Part shown: piece by piece, positions 38,512 through 47,845 of the stretch | How positions within the stretch are numbered: position 1 is the stretch's first letter | How the letters are laid out: each line of letters begins with the position of its first letter | Assembly: GCA_038231435.1 (NCBI GenBank) | Contig: JBBRLJ010000037.1 | Location: 1-52,888 of the forward strand | Origin: Planctomycetota bacterium | GTDB taxonomy: Bacteria; Planctomycetota; UBA11346 | Direction: 5' to 3' | Length of the DNA: 52,888 nucleotides | Position numbers and translations under genes: made by a program | The notes under the pieces: model-generated | The model's database searches: none | Told to the model about the DNA's origin: nothing | What the model saw: the letters and a program-made list of their open reading frames with translations, nothing else

Positions 38512-38973
38512 ATGGCCCACACCTACAACGCCCGCATCGATTGGACCGGCGCCGCACGCGGACCGGCCAAGGACTACAAGACCTACTCGCGCGAGTTCGT
38601 CGCGGCGATCGCTGGCAAGCCCGCGTTGACAGGCAGCTCTGATCCGGCCTTCGTGGGCGACGCGGCGCTGCACAATCCAGAGGACCTGCTGGTCGTGTCG
38701 CTGTCGTCCTGCCACATGCTCAGCTACCTGGCGCTGTGCGCCAATTCAGGCGTGGTGGTCACGGCCTACAGCGACGACGCTGTTGGCACCTTGGATCAGG
38801 TCGACAAGCAGTTCAAGATGACCGATGTGCTGCTGCGCCCGCGGGTGACCATCGCCCCAGGGTCCGATCCGGCCAAGGCCGAGCGTCTGCACCAACGGGC
38901 CCACGACATCTGTTTCATCGCCCGGTCGGTGAACTTCCCGGTCCGGCACGAGGCGGTGGTCGTCGTCGGCTGA
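38512..38973 (+). CDS. OsmC/Ohr family protein
   Basis: GSSDPAF, NPEDLL...SSCHMLSYL, AHDICFIARSV (both Cys present). Confidence 0.93.
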   Translation: MAHTYNARIDWTGAARGPAKDYKTYSREFVAAIAGKPALTGSSDPAFVGDAALHNPEDLLVVSLSSCHMLSYLALCANSGVVVTAYSDDAVGTLDQVDKQFKMTDVLLRPRVTIAPGSDPAKAERLHQRAHDICFIARSVNFPVRHEAVVVVG

Positions 38974-39082
38974 AGCGTAGAAGGCTCGTCGTGCGCAGAC
39001 CAGCGCGGCATCGGGCTTGTCGCACGCGAGGCAGGCCTATCCTGCGCCGGTCTTCCCCTCCGTCCGCCCGCTGGAGCCGACC

Positions 39083-39361
39083 ATGGCCGTCAATATCCGC
39101 ATCCCCTCGGTGCTGCGCAACCTGACCGCCGGCAAGGAGACCATCGAGGTCCAGGCCGCATCGGTCGACGACGCGCTGAACGCGCTCGAGAAGGCCCATC
39201 CTGGCATCAAGAGCCGCCTGTGCGACGATGGCGGCAAGCTCCGCCGCTTCGTCAACGTGTTCGTCGGCGAGGAGGACATCCGCTTCCTCGAGGGCCAGAC
39301 TACCGCGCTGAAGGATGGGGATCTCATCGACATCGTTCCGGCCATCGCCGGCGGCCGCTGA
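39083..39361 (+). CDS. MoaD/ThiS family ubiquitin-like sulfur carrier
   Basis: RRFVNVFVGEEDIRFL...IVPAIAGGR*; GGAG RBS. Confidence 0.95.
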   Translation: MAVNIRIPSVLRNLTAGKETIEVQAASVDDALNALEKAHPGIKSRLCDDGGKLRRFVNVFVGEEDIRFLEGQTTALKDGDLIDIVPAIAGGR

Positions 39362-39381
39362 CCGGGCCTGGCGTGACCGCC

Positions 39382-40575
39382 ATGTCTCCACCGGCGGAGC
39401 CGCGCTCGTCTGACATCTCCAGTCTGCGGCTCGACCTCGCCAACCAGGGCGTGAAAGTCGGCGACGATCTGATCAGCGCCGGATTCGGCCTGGCACTCGC
39501 CTCCGATGGTGGTCTCGGCGGTGCGCCTGGCGAATCGGCCGAGGGCATCGACATCATCCTGCCCGGCGGGTGGTGGACGAACGTGTGCGTGGCACCCAAT
39601 TACGCCCGCACCTCGCCGTACACGCTCTCCTTCGCCAGTCCGGGCAGCGAGACGCTGGTGCTGCGCCACCGCGCGCGCGGCGACATCCCCATATCGGTGC
39701 CCGACACCTCGCGTTTCCGCCACTGCCGCACGCATACCGGCGTCTCGTGCGGCGACATCGGCGCCATCCACGGCCCCTGGCTGGTCACCTCTCCGTTCAC
39801 GGCGCGCGCGGGTGTCGGGCTGGACCGACCGCGCCGCTTCCTCGGCCTGCCGCCCCAGCGCCCCCTCACCAAGGGCCAGTGGTCGATAGATGATGTGGTC
39901 GCCTGCGCCGAGGCGGCGTGGCGGTCGGGCGCCCGCCTGGTGCACATCGAGGCCGGCCACGTGCTCAAAGAAGATGGCGGCCTGGCGGATATCGGACCCT
40001 ACATCCAGGCGATCAAACGCGCGCTGCCGACCCTGGTGTCCCTGAGCGTGCTGCCGCCCGAGGATCCGGCGCAGGTCCTGCACCTGTACGCCGCCGGTTG
40101 CGATGCGATCAGCTATCCGCTGCTCGCCTGGGACGAGGCAGCCGCCGCCCAGGTGGCTCCCGTTCGCGCGCGCTTCGTCTCGCACGCTCGCATCCTGGCC
40201 GCGCTCGAGGCCGCCGCGCGCTGGTTCCCTCGCGGCGCCGTCTCCACCGATCTGCTGCTCGGCCTGGAGCCCTTGAAGAACGTCGGCGAAGCCTGCGCAG
40301 CGCTCGCCGCCAAAGGCATCGTCCCCAACCTCACGGTGTTCCGCCCCCTGCCCGGTGCCGAGGACGAGGCGCCCAGCGGCGAGATGGTGCCCACCGATCC
40401 GATCTTGCAGCTGATGGAGAAGCGCACCCGGCTGCTGCACACCTACCGGCTCGCCAGCAGCCGCGTGCGTGGATTCCCGCGCGTCCATTCAGGGATGGAT
40501 CGCTACCGGCCGAGCGTGGCTAAGCGGTGGTATTCGGACTGGAGACGGCGCATCCGCGTGGTCGAGGTCACATGA
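39382..40575 (+). CDS. Radical-SAM-fold protein (MSMEG_0568/BioB-like) lacking the Fe-S cysteine motif
   Basis: SPYTL, RTHTG, AGCDAISY, STDLLLGLEP and GIVPNLTVFRPLPG fit this subfamily, but no CxxC occurs anywhere in the protein. Confidence 0.7.
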   Translation: MSPPAEPRSSDISSLRLDLANQGVKVGDDLISAGFGLALASDGGLGGAPGESAEGIDIILPGGWWTNVCVAPNYARTSPYTLSFASPGSETLVLRHRARGDIPISVPDTSRFRHCRTHTGVSCGDIGAIHGPWLVTSPFTARAGVGLDRPRRFLGLPPQRPLTKGQWSIDDVVACAEAAWRSGARLVHIEAGHVLKEDGGLADIGPYIQAIKRALPTLVSLSVLPPEDPAQVLHLYAAGCDAISYPLLAWDEAAAAQVAPVRARFVSHARILAALEAAARWFPRGAVSTDLLLGLEPLKNVGEACAALAAKGIVPNLTVFRPLPGAEDEAPSGEMVPTDPILQLMEKRTRLLHTYRLASSRVRGFPRVHSGMDRYRPSVAKRWYSDWRRRIRVVEVT

Positions 40576-42092
40576 CGGACGTCTCCCAGCAGCCGGCCGA
40601 GCCATCCGGCCCCAAGCCAGCGCAGTTCCAGGCGCGCGTGCGCTTCGACGACCGTCCGTTGCCGCTGCTCATGTTGGCGCGCGGCTGGCGGGGAATTGTG
40701 TTGGTTGTGGTCCTTGCTGGATTGGGTTGGGCGCTGTGGCAGAGCACCCGCCTGCCGGTGGTGGCGCAGAATGGGCTGCCGTCAGCCGCCTCGTTGCGCG
40801 CCTTCGCCATCTTCGCCGCCGCTGTCGTGCTGTGGGTGACCGCCGCGGTGCCGCTGGTGGTCACCGGCCTCGGCGTGTTCATCGCGTTGAGCGTCGCCAA
40901 CGTGGATACCGCGCATGCCCCAGGCATCGAGCAGACCCGGACCGTCGCCACCTGGTTCGCCGATCCGATCGTGTTCTTCCTGCTCGGGGCGTTTCTGATC
41001 GCGGGCAGCCTGTCGTCGGCACACGTCATCGATCATGCCGCCTTGCGCCTGCTCGATCTGCTGGGCACCAGCGCGCGCAAGCTGCGCCTGGTGTTGTTCG
41101 GATGCGCCTTCGGCGCGTCGTTCCTGCTCTCCGAGCACGCCGTCACCGCGATGCTCTTCCCCCTGGCGGTGCGCATCCGCGACGCGCTGAAACTCGAGCG
41201 CGGCCGCTCGACCTACCTGAAGGGGTTGTTCCTGGGCCTGGCCTGGGGAGCGACCATCGGCGGCATCGTCACCTACCTCGGCGGCTCGCGCAATCCTCTG
41301 GCTATGGGCTTTCTGCAGAAGAAGGACATCGTCATCCCCGGGTTCTTCGAGTTGATGGCCTACAGCCTGCCGGTCGCGCTGCCGCTCGCGCTGATCGCCA
41401 TCGTAGTCATGGAGATCGCCTTCCCGATCGACGTCGGTTCCATCGCCGCCGCGCGCGATTCATTGGCCGAGCGCCAGCGCGAGCTCGGACGCTTTGGCGC
41501 GCGTCAGCGCCTGGTCAGCCTGATCATGGTAAGCGCGGTGGTGGCTTGGGGTCTCGCCGGCTACGAGCACATCGCGGTGGTCGCGCTGTCGGCCTCAGCC
41601 GTCCTGCTCGGCACCGGCCTGGTGCGCTGGCGCGAGCTGCAGCGCGAAGTGCCCTGGGATCTGCTGCTGCTCTACGCAGCGGCCCTAGCGCTGGCGAAGG
41701 CCCTCAAGCTCACTGGCGCGCCCGAGCTGATCGGCGCGCACCTGCTGCCGTACCTGGGACACAATCCGGTGGTGGCCGTCGGCGTGATCGCGACCGTGGC
41801 GATGCTGCTGACCGAGGCCATGAGCCATGGCGCCGTGGTGAGCATGATGGTGCCGCTGCTCTTGACCGCGGCGCCGGATCTCGGCCTGACCCCGGTCGAG
41901 GTAGCCCTCGCGGTGGCGCTGCCCGCGGGACTCGCATTCATGCTACCGATGGGCTCGCCGCCGCTGGCGATCGCCTTCGTCAGCGGCGAATTCCGCATCT
42001 CGACCATGACCATCAAGGGCTCGATCCTCAACCTGCTCGCGGTCCCGGTGGTGATGCTCGCGTACTGGCTGGTGTGGTCGCGCTGGCACTAA
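40572..42092 (+). CDS. SLC13/DASS family anion transporter
   Basis: FADPIVFFLLGAF, LSEHAVTAM, IGGIVTYLGGSRN, TEAMSH, FMLPMGSPP; ATGA overlap with the preceding gene. Confidence 0.9.
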   Translation: MTDVSQQPAEPSGPKPAQFQARVRFDDRPLPLLMLARGWRGIVLVVVLAGLGWALWQSTRLPVVAQNGLPSAASLRAFAIFAAAVVLWVTAAVPLVVTGLGVFIALSVANVDTAHAPGIEQTRTVATWFADPIVFFLLGAFLIAGSLSSAHVIDHAALRLLDLLGTSARKLRLVLFGCAFGASFLLSEHAVTAMLFPLAVRIRDALKLERGRSTYLKGLFLGLAWGATIGGIVTYLGGSRNPLAMGFLQKKDIVIPGFFELMAYSLPVALPLALIAIVVMEIAFPIDVGSIAAARDSLAERQRELGRFGARQRLVSLIMVSAVVAWGLAGYEHIAVVALSASAVLLGTGLVRWRELQREVPWDLLLLYAAALALAKALKLTGAPELIGAHLLPYLGHNPVVAVGVIATVAMLLTEAMSHGAVVSMMVPLLLTAAPDLGLTPVEVALAVALPAGLAFMLPMGSPPLAIAFVSGEFRISTMTIKGSILNLLAVPVVMLAYWLVWSRWH

Positions 42093-42098
42093 GACCGG

Positions 42099-42887
42099 TC
42101 ACCGTCCGGCGCCATCTCCGGCCGGCTGGGGAAAGCCGCGCAGCGCGTCGGAGATGATGCGGTAACGGTCGGCCAGCCATGCAGGTGAACCCGAGGATGC
42201 CTGAGTCAGCGCCAGCGGAGCGATACGAGCGTCCGACGGAGCGATCACCACCGTGACATGCTCGATTCCCGCGAGCGCCGCGAGCACGAACAAGTCCTCG
42301 GCGGCCTGGTCGCCCATCGCCAAACACCCGACCGAGGCGTTCGAGCCGTGGATCATGATGTCGCCGCCAAGACGCTCGCGACCGTCGGCGCGCGCGCGCG
42401 CGCGATCGTCGGCGTTTGGATACGAGACCCGCAGCGCCAAGTGGTAGCGGCTGTTGGGATTCAGGCTCTCGATGCCGTACAGGCCTTCAGGTACCTGGCC
42501 ATCGCCTTCGGCGAGTTTCGGACCCGGGCCACCGCTCGCGGCCAGGACCGGATAGGCGCGGATGAAGCGCCATGCGGGCGCCGCCTCATCGGATGACTCC
42601 GGGCCAGGAACCGGCGCACCGTAGAGCTCCAAGCGCTTGGCGTCCTTGAACGCGAGCAGCGCCAGCCTCGGCGGCGGATAGGCGAGACCGGCGCGTTCGA
42701 CCTCCATCCGCAGGCGGACCTCGACCGTGGGAACATACTCGGTCAGCCGCTCGTCGATCGTCTTCCTAGCCACGAGCTTCCGCACCTCGGACACGGCGTA
42801 GCGCCGCGATGCCGGGATCGCCGCGATCACGAGCGTGATCACCACCACGGCGGCGCACGCCTTCACGGACCAGCTGCGCGCGTTCAC
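42099..42887 (-). CDS. L,D-transpeptidase (YkuD) family protein, YafK/DpaA-like
   Basis: GPKLAEGDGQVPEGLY, NPNSRYHL...YPN, IMIHGSNASVGC; N-terminal signal or TM. Confidence 0.9.
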   Translation of the reverse strand: MNARSWSVKACAAVVVITLVIAAIPASRRYAVSEVRKLVARKTIDERLTEYVPTVEVRLRMEVERAGLAYPPPRLALLAFKDAKRLELYGAPVPGPESSDEAAPAWRFIRAYPVLAASGGPGPKLAEGDGQVPEGLYGIESLNPNSRYHLALRVSYPNADDRARARADGRERLGGDIMIHGSNASVGCLAMGDQAAEDLFVLAALAGIEHVTVVIAPSDARIAPLALTQASSGSPAWLADRYRIISDALRGFPQPAGDGAGR

Positions 42888-42893
42888 GCGCAG

Positions 42894-43598
42894 TCACAGC
42901 GGGCCGCTGGGAGGGGCGATCACGATGCGGTCGATGCTCGCGCTGAGCGGCGCCTCGAGCGCGAAGCGGATCGCCGCCGCGACATCCTCGGGACGGCACA
43001 TGCGCTTGGCGGACTCGGCGCGCGCCCCGTCTGGCCAGGCCGCGGTGTCGGTGGCCCCAGGCGCGACCACGCCGACGCGCACGTTGGATGAACGCAACTC
43101 CTCGCGCAGTACCCGGCTGAAACCCTCGAGTCCGGCCTTGCTGGCGGTATACGCTCCGCAACCAGCGAACGACGCGTCGGCGGCCATGCTCGAGACATTC
43201 ACGATCCATCCGCCCTTGCGCTTCACCAGTTCGGGGATCACCGCGCGCGCCAGCAGCATCGGCGCCCCGAGATTCAGCGCGAGCATGCGCTGGACATGCT
43301 CGGGCGTGAGCGCCGACACCGCCGCGGTCTCGAACGCGCCGGCGTTGTTCACCAGGGCGTCGATGCCGCCGAAATGCGCGACCGACGCCGCGACGATGCG
43401 CTCGGACGCGCCCGGTGAGATCACGTCCTCGGTGACCGCCAGGGCTTCACCGCCCAGGCCGCGGATCTTCAAGACCAGCTCGACCAAGCGTTCTTTCCGC
43501 CTCGCCACCAGCACCATGCGGAAGCGTTCGGCGAGCGCGAGGGCGGTGGCCTCGCCGATGCCGGACGAGGCTCCGGTAATGATGACGACGCGATTCAT
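42894..43598 (-). CDS. Short-chain dehydrogenase/reductase
   Basis: TGASSGIG, NNAG, NVSS, YTASK. Confidence 0.95.
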   Translation of the reverse strand: MNRVVIITGASSGIGEATALALAERFRMVLVARRKERLVELVLKIRGLGGEALAVTEDVISPGASERIVAASVAHFGGIDALVNNAGAFETAAVSALTPEHVQRMLALNLGAPMLLARAVIPELVKRKGGWIVNVSSMAADASFAGCGAYTASKAGLEGFSRVLREELRSSNVRVGVVAPGATDTAAWPDGARAESAKRMCRPEDVAAAIRFALEAPLSASIDRIVIAPPSGPL

Positions 43599-43758
43599 GG
43601 GCAGGGCCTGTGAGCGTTGATCATGCCCGAGGGTGACGCGGCCCACATGGCGGCAACGGGCAATTCTCGACGGATGACGGACGGCCCTGCACGTCCATGG
43701 CCTTGCTCCGGGGCCGTGCCGGCGTGTAATGCGGTCACGGACCCCGCAGGACCCAGCC

Positions 43759-44805
43759 ATGAGCCAGATCCCCGTCGCCATCCTCGGAGCCACCGGTTAC
43801 GCCGGCGAGGTCGCGACGCGTATCCTGCTCGGCCATCCCGGATTCGCGATCGTCCATGCCGGCTCCGATCGCAGCCATGGCGTCGCGCTCGCCGAGGCGG
43901 TGCCCTCGTTCACCGGCGAGACCGCCCTGGTACTGGCGCCGGACACCGTCGCGGCGATCCGCGCGAGCGGAGCCAAGGCGGTGGTGCTGGCGAAGAAGAG
44001 CCCCGACGTGACCAAGGTGGTGCCCGAGCTGCTCGCTGCCGGCATGCGCCTGGTCGACATCGGCGCCGAGTTCCGGCTGCGTGACCACGCCGCCTACCGC
44101 ACCTGGCACGGAGAGGCCCACGCCTGCCCCGAGCTGCTGCCGAGTTCGGTCTACGGTCTGAGCGAGATCCACGGCGACGCGGTCCGCTCGGCGAAGGTGG
44201 TCGGCAATCCCGGCTGCTACGCCACCAGCGTGCTGATGCCGTTGATCCCGCTGCTGCAGGCGCGCCTGATCGATATCGCGGCGCCGCTGGTCTCGATCAG
44301 CTACTCCGGTGTCTCCGGGGCAGGCAAGAAGCACAGCGAGTCGAACAACAACCTGTTCTGGGCGCTCAACGAGAACCTGCATTCGTACAAGGCGATCGGC
44401 CACCAGCATACCGGCGAGATCGACCAGGAGCTCGCTGCCGCCGCGGCGACACCCCTGCACTGCACGTTCGTCCCTCACCTGGCCCCGATCACCCGCGGCA
44501 TCCATTCGACGATCACCGCCCGGTTGCGCGACGGCGCGACGCTCGAGCAGGTGCTGGCGTGCTGGCGCGAGCGCTATCGCGGCCGGGTGTTCGTGCGCAT
44601 CCGCGCGACGCCGAAAGAAGTCGAGACCGCAAACACCACCGGCACGAACTTCATCGATATCGCCGCGGTCGCCGACGGTCGGACGCTGATCATCGCCTCC
44701 GCCCTGGACAACCTGGTGAAGGGCGCGAGCGGCCAGGCGGTGCAGAACCTGAACCTGATGTTCGGGCTGCCCGAGGAGACTGGGCTGCTGCGCCGCGGCA
44801 TGTGA
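43759..44805 (+). CDS. argC: N-acetyl-gamma-glutamyl-phosphate reductase
   Basis: GATGYAG, NPGCYAT, SGVSGAG, DNLVKGASGQAVQNLN. Confidence 0.97.
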   Translation: MSQIPVAILGATGYAGEVATRILLGHPGFAIVHAGSDRSHGVALAEAVPSFTGETALVLAPDTVAAIRASGAKAVVLAKKSPDVTKVVPELLAAGMRLVDIGAEFRLRDHAAYRTWHGEAHACPELLPSSVYGLSEIHGDAVRSAKVVGNPGCYATSVLMPLIPLLQARLIDIAAPLVSISYSGVSGAGKKHSESNNNLFWALNENLHSYKAIGHQHTGEIDQELAAAAATPLHCTFVPHLAPITRGIHSTITARLRDGATLEQVLACWRERYRGRVFVRIRATPKEVETANTTGTNFIDIAAVADGRTLIIASALDNLVKGASGQAVQNLNLMFGLPEETGLLRRGM

Positions 44806-44903
44806 TGGCCGCTGGGCCTTCCGCGTCCCTATCCTAGAGAGTCCGTAGCGATGTTCGCGCCGGGCGCTGTACCTCGCTCGCCCTCGCTGCTAGGATGCGG
44901 CCC

Positions 44904-45860
44904 ATGCAGCGCTTCTTCTCGATCATCCCGCTCATCGCCGCGATCTGCCTCGTGTTCGTCTCCTGCGGCCAGACTCGCCGCTACGGCGACGACCAGGGCG
45001 TGGCGGTCGCGTTCACCGTCGATCTCGACCGCGCCTTCGTCAAGGCCATGCACAACAGCCAATGGCGGCCGAGCGTGGGCGCGGGCGCGAGCTTCGGCAG
45101 CAATGGCTCGAGCAGCTATGGGACCGGCGTCGGCTTCTCGTTCTCGGCGACCGAGGTGTACCTGCTCGGTGGAGACGGTCCCGCAGAGGCGCAGATCTTC
45201 CGCCGCGAACTGAAGTGGGGCGGCAACGCCTTCGAGGTCCCGCTCACTCCGGGTCGTACGCTGCATCTGACGGTGAAAGCCGAAGGCGGACGCGAGGGCT
45301 GGGAATCGATCGGCTCGTTCGTCGTGCCGAAGGGTGCCGAACCTCGCCTCACGATCATCCTCGGTCGCGGCGGCGCCAAGGTGACGGTGACCCCGGTCGA
45401 GGTGCCGGCCGTGCTCCCCGCATCCCCCGCATCCCCCGCATCCCCCGCATCCTCTGCACAGGACGCCGACGCCCCGTCCACGGATTCCAAAGCCCCGGAC
45501 ACGGCGAAACCCGTGACCGATGCGGGTCCAGCGGTCGAACGAGCCACGCCCCCGTCCGTCGTGCCAGCCGCGCCCTCCCCTGCCGGTGAACCTGCCGCGC
45601 TCCCTGCCACGCTCCCTGCAGCGCCCCCAACCACGGATGCTCCCGCCACGCCCGCTTCCGCTGAACCCGTGCCGATTCCCGCCAACGAAGAAGCCGCGGC
45701 GGATCCCGGCGCGGTCGTCCCGCCGCGCGGAGAAACGTCAACGGCTGGCGACAAGCCGCCCGGCAGCGACGGCAAAGACAAGCCTCGGGTGCGCCTCGAG
45801 CCTGCGCCCCCCGCGGTGACTCCGGCCGCGCCGTATCCCGATCACGCGCTGGACCACTGA
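44904..45860 (+). CDS. Putative lipoprotein with a Pro/Ala-rich disordered C-terminal tail
   Basis: Signal peptide with lipobox-like FVSC, a beta-rich domain, then low-complexity sequence. Confidence 0.65.
   Translation: MQRFFSIIPLIAAICLVFVSCGQTRRYGDDQGVAVAFTVDLDRAFVKAMHNSQWRPSVGAGASFGSNGSSSYGTGVGFSFSATEVYLLGGDGPAEAQIFRRELKWGGNAFEVPLTPGRTLHLTVKAEGGREGWESIGSFVVPKGAEPRLTIILGRGGAKVTVTPVEVPAVLPASPASPASPASSAQDADAPSTDSKAPDTAKPVTDAGPAVERATPPSVVPAAPSPAGEPAALPATLPAAPPTTDAPATPASAEPVPIPANEEAAADPGAVVPPRGETSTAGDKPPGSDGKDKPRVRLEPAPPAVTPAAPYPDHALDH
45416..45451. repeat. Perfect in-frame 9-bp tandem repeat (CCCCGCATC)x4
   Basis: Four exact copies; they encode the PAS repeats of the lipoprotein. Confidence 0.9.
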
Positions 45861-45864
45861 TCCC

Positions 45865-46626
45865 ATGGTCTCACCAGGGATGCGCAGGTACCGGGTGCGG
45901 ACCGAGCGCCAGGCGTCTCTGGTCGGCGAGCGCGGCGATCGTGGTGATCGTGGCGAGAGTAGCGAAGCCGGGATCGATCTCGATGCGGCATTCCCGGATC
46001 TGGTCGGCGCTCCCACGCGGCTCGAGATCGGTTTCGGGCACGGCGAATTCATCAGCGAGATGGCGAACGCGCATCCGCACGAGCGTTTCATCGGCGTCGA
46101 GCACGAGGACCTGCGCGTCACCAAGACCGCCCACAAATGCCTCAAGCTCGGCGCGACCAACGTCCGGCTCTATGGTGACGATGCGCACCGCTTCGTGCGT
46201 TTCCGCCTGCCCGCTGCGAGCATCCATCGGGCCTACGTGCTGTTCCCCGATCCATGGCCCAAGCCCGGACATCGCCGGCGCCGGCTGCTCACGCGCAGCT
46301 TCCTGCTCGATCTCAGCCACGCCGCCGCGCCGGGCTGCCGGCTGGCGGTGGCCTCCGACACTCACGACTACGCCTTCCAATGCCTGTCGAACCTGACCAC
46401 CCTCCCTGGATTGTGGCGGAACCTCTATCAGCCTGCCGGCTACCGCTTCGACATCCCCACGCGCTTCCCGACCCTGTTCGAACGCCACAAGAAAGCCGAG
46501 GGATGCACGATCTGCTACCTGCTGGTCGAACGCACCTCGTCGCCAGCCACCGATCGCGCTCCCTGGCCAGGACGACACGTCGACCCGGAGCAGGAACCAT
46601 CTTCACCGCTTGAGCGAACGCCTTAG
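45865..46626 (+). CDS. trmB: tRNA (guanine-N7)-methyltransferase
   Basis: LEIGFGHGEF, FIGVE, FPDPWPKPGHRRRRL, ASD, TLFE. Confidence 0.92.
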   Translation: MVSPGMRRYRVRTERQASLVGERGDRGDRGESSEAGIDLDAAFPDLVGAPTRLEIGFGHGEFISEMANAHPHERFIGVEHEDLRVTKTAHKCLKLGATNVRLYGDDAHRFVRFRLPAASIHRAYVLFPDPWPKPGHRRRRLLTRSFLLDLSHAAAPGCRLAVASDTHDYAFQCLSNLTTLPGLWRNLYQPAGYRFDIPTRFPTLFERHKKAEGCTICYLLVERTSSPATDRAPWPGRHVDPEQEPSSPLERTP

Positions 46627-46712
46627 CCGTAGGCAGGCGTATTCGAAAGCGCCGTCGAACCTTTCGCTGGATCGGGCACTTGCGGGCCGCGTGTGTGAAC
46701 TAGCATGACCAC

Positions 46713-47783
46713 ATGCGTCACGCCTCAGCGCGCCGGATCATCGCCCGCCTCCTCGAGGGGCAGGGGTTCGGCGAGCAGGCGATCTCCCAGGCGCTGATGG
46801 CGACGCTGCAGGACCGTGAGGACTGCCCCGACACCCTCAAGCAACTGCTCGATCACGTCGACGATCTCGGCACCGATATGGCGCGGCCGTACATCGGCAG
46901 ACTCAACCAGGAACCCATCCCCCGCGACCAGCGCGACCTGTGCGCGCAGCTCGCACCGACGCTGATCGACCACCCCGACGACACCGGCCTGAATCTCGCC
47001 AGCCTGCTAGCGCTGGTCCAGCTGTGGCCGCACGTCTCGAGCGACGAGCGCCCGCTGGTGCGCCTGCGCTTCCTCAACGGCCTCACCAGCCGTACCGCAC
47101 CCGCGGGCAGCTTCGCGACGCGCGAGCACCTCTGCGCGTGGCAACGCGGATTGCCGACGGCGCACGGCGCCGAGGAGCCGAACCTCGCCAGCCTCCAGGC
47201 CCTGCTCGTCGAGGAGACGCCCGAACGCGCCTACCGCTGTCTCGCCGAGCACCTCGATCCGCGCATCGATCTGCCGCGCATCGGCCACGTCATCGGTGCC
47301 CTCGCGCTGACCCTGCTGCGCCAGTTCCACGATCGCGAGGGACTGGCGCTGCACGTCCTGCTCGGATCGGTCGCGATCGAGCGTCTCGCCGAATGGGCGG
47401 AGCCCGAGCACCTCGCCACCCTGGTGGCGCAGCTCGCACACCAGCTGTGGTGGTCGCGCCAAAAGGCCCAGCTGCCTCCGGTCCTGATGTGCCTCGACAG
47501 CACGCCCTTGCCACTGGTCGACGCGGTGCGCAGCGGCGATGTCACCCTGGCCCAACGCGCCGCGCGCTCCGCCAGTCAGAACGCCGCGGGGTTCTGGGAG
47601 GACGCCTGGCAACTGCTCGCCGACAGCATCTCGCGCCGCGACGAGCACTGGCCCCGCGCGCTCGGCATGGCCAGCGCCATCGCCTGGCGCGGCGGAGCGA
47701 ACACAGTGTCGCCCGACGACGCAGCGGCGCTGGCATCGGTGTTCGCGGACATGGCGCACCAACGCGACCGGATCTGCCTGTAG
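46713..47783 (+). CDS. Hypothetical alpha-helical protein
   Basis: A 356-aa ORF with natural composition that fills the gap between trmB and the ArsR gene. No family recognised. Confidence 0.7.
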   Translation: MRHASARRIIARLLEGQGFGEQAISQALMATLQDREDCPDTLKQLLDHVDDLGTDMARPYIGRLNQEPIPRDQRDLCAQLAPTLIDHPDDTGLNLASLLALVQLWPHVSSDERPLVRLRFLNGLTSRTAPAGSFATREHLCAWQRGLPTAHGAEEPNLASLQALLVEETPERAYRCLAEHLDPRIDLPRIGHVIGALALTLLRQFHDREGLALHVLLGSVAIERLAEWAEPEHLATLVAQLAHQLWWSRQKAQLPPVLMCLDSTPLPLVDAVRSGDVTLAQRAARSASQNAAGFWEDAWQLLADSISRRDEHWPRALGMASAIAWRGGANTVSPDDAAALASVFADMAHQRDRICL

Positions 47784-47813
47784 TCTGGGGGTCGTAGCCC
47801 CCAACTGAGAGTT

Positions 47814-47842
47814 GCATCGTTCCATCGCGATGCGACGATGGA
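47814..47842. promoter_or_regulatory. Two overlapping palindromes, candidate SahR-like operator
   Basis: GCATCG-N8-CGATGC (47814-47833) and TCCATCG-N8-CGATGGA (47821-47842), ending 3 bp before the ATG. Confidence 0.6.
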
Positions 47843-47845
47843 TCC

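Noticed and set aside
47784..47845. SAM or cobalamin riboswitch before the metH operon
   Set aside because: Only 62 bp of intergenic space and no riboswitch consensus; a protein operator fits better.
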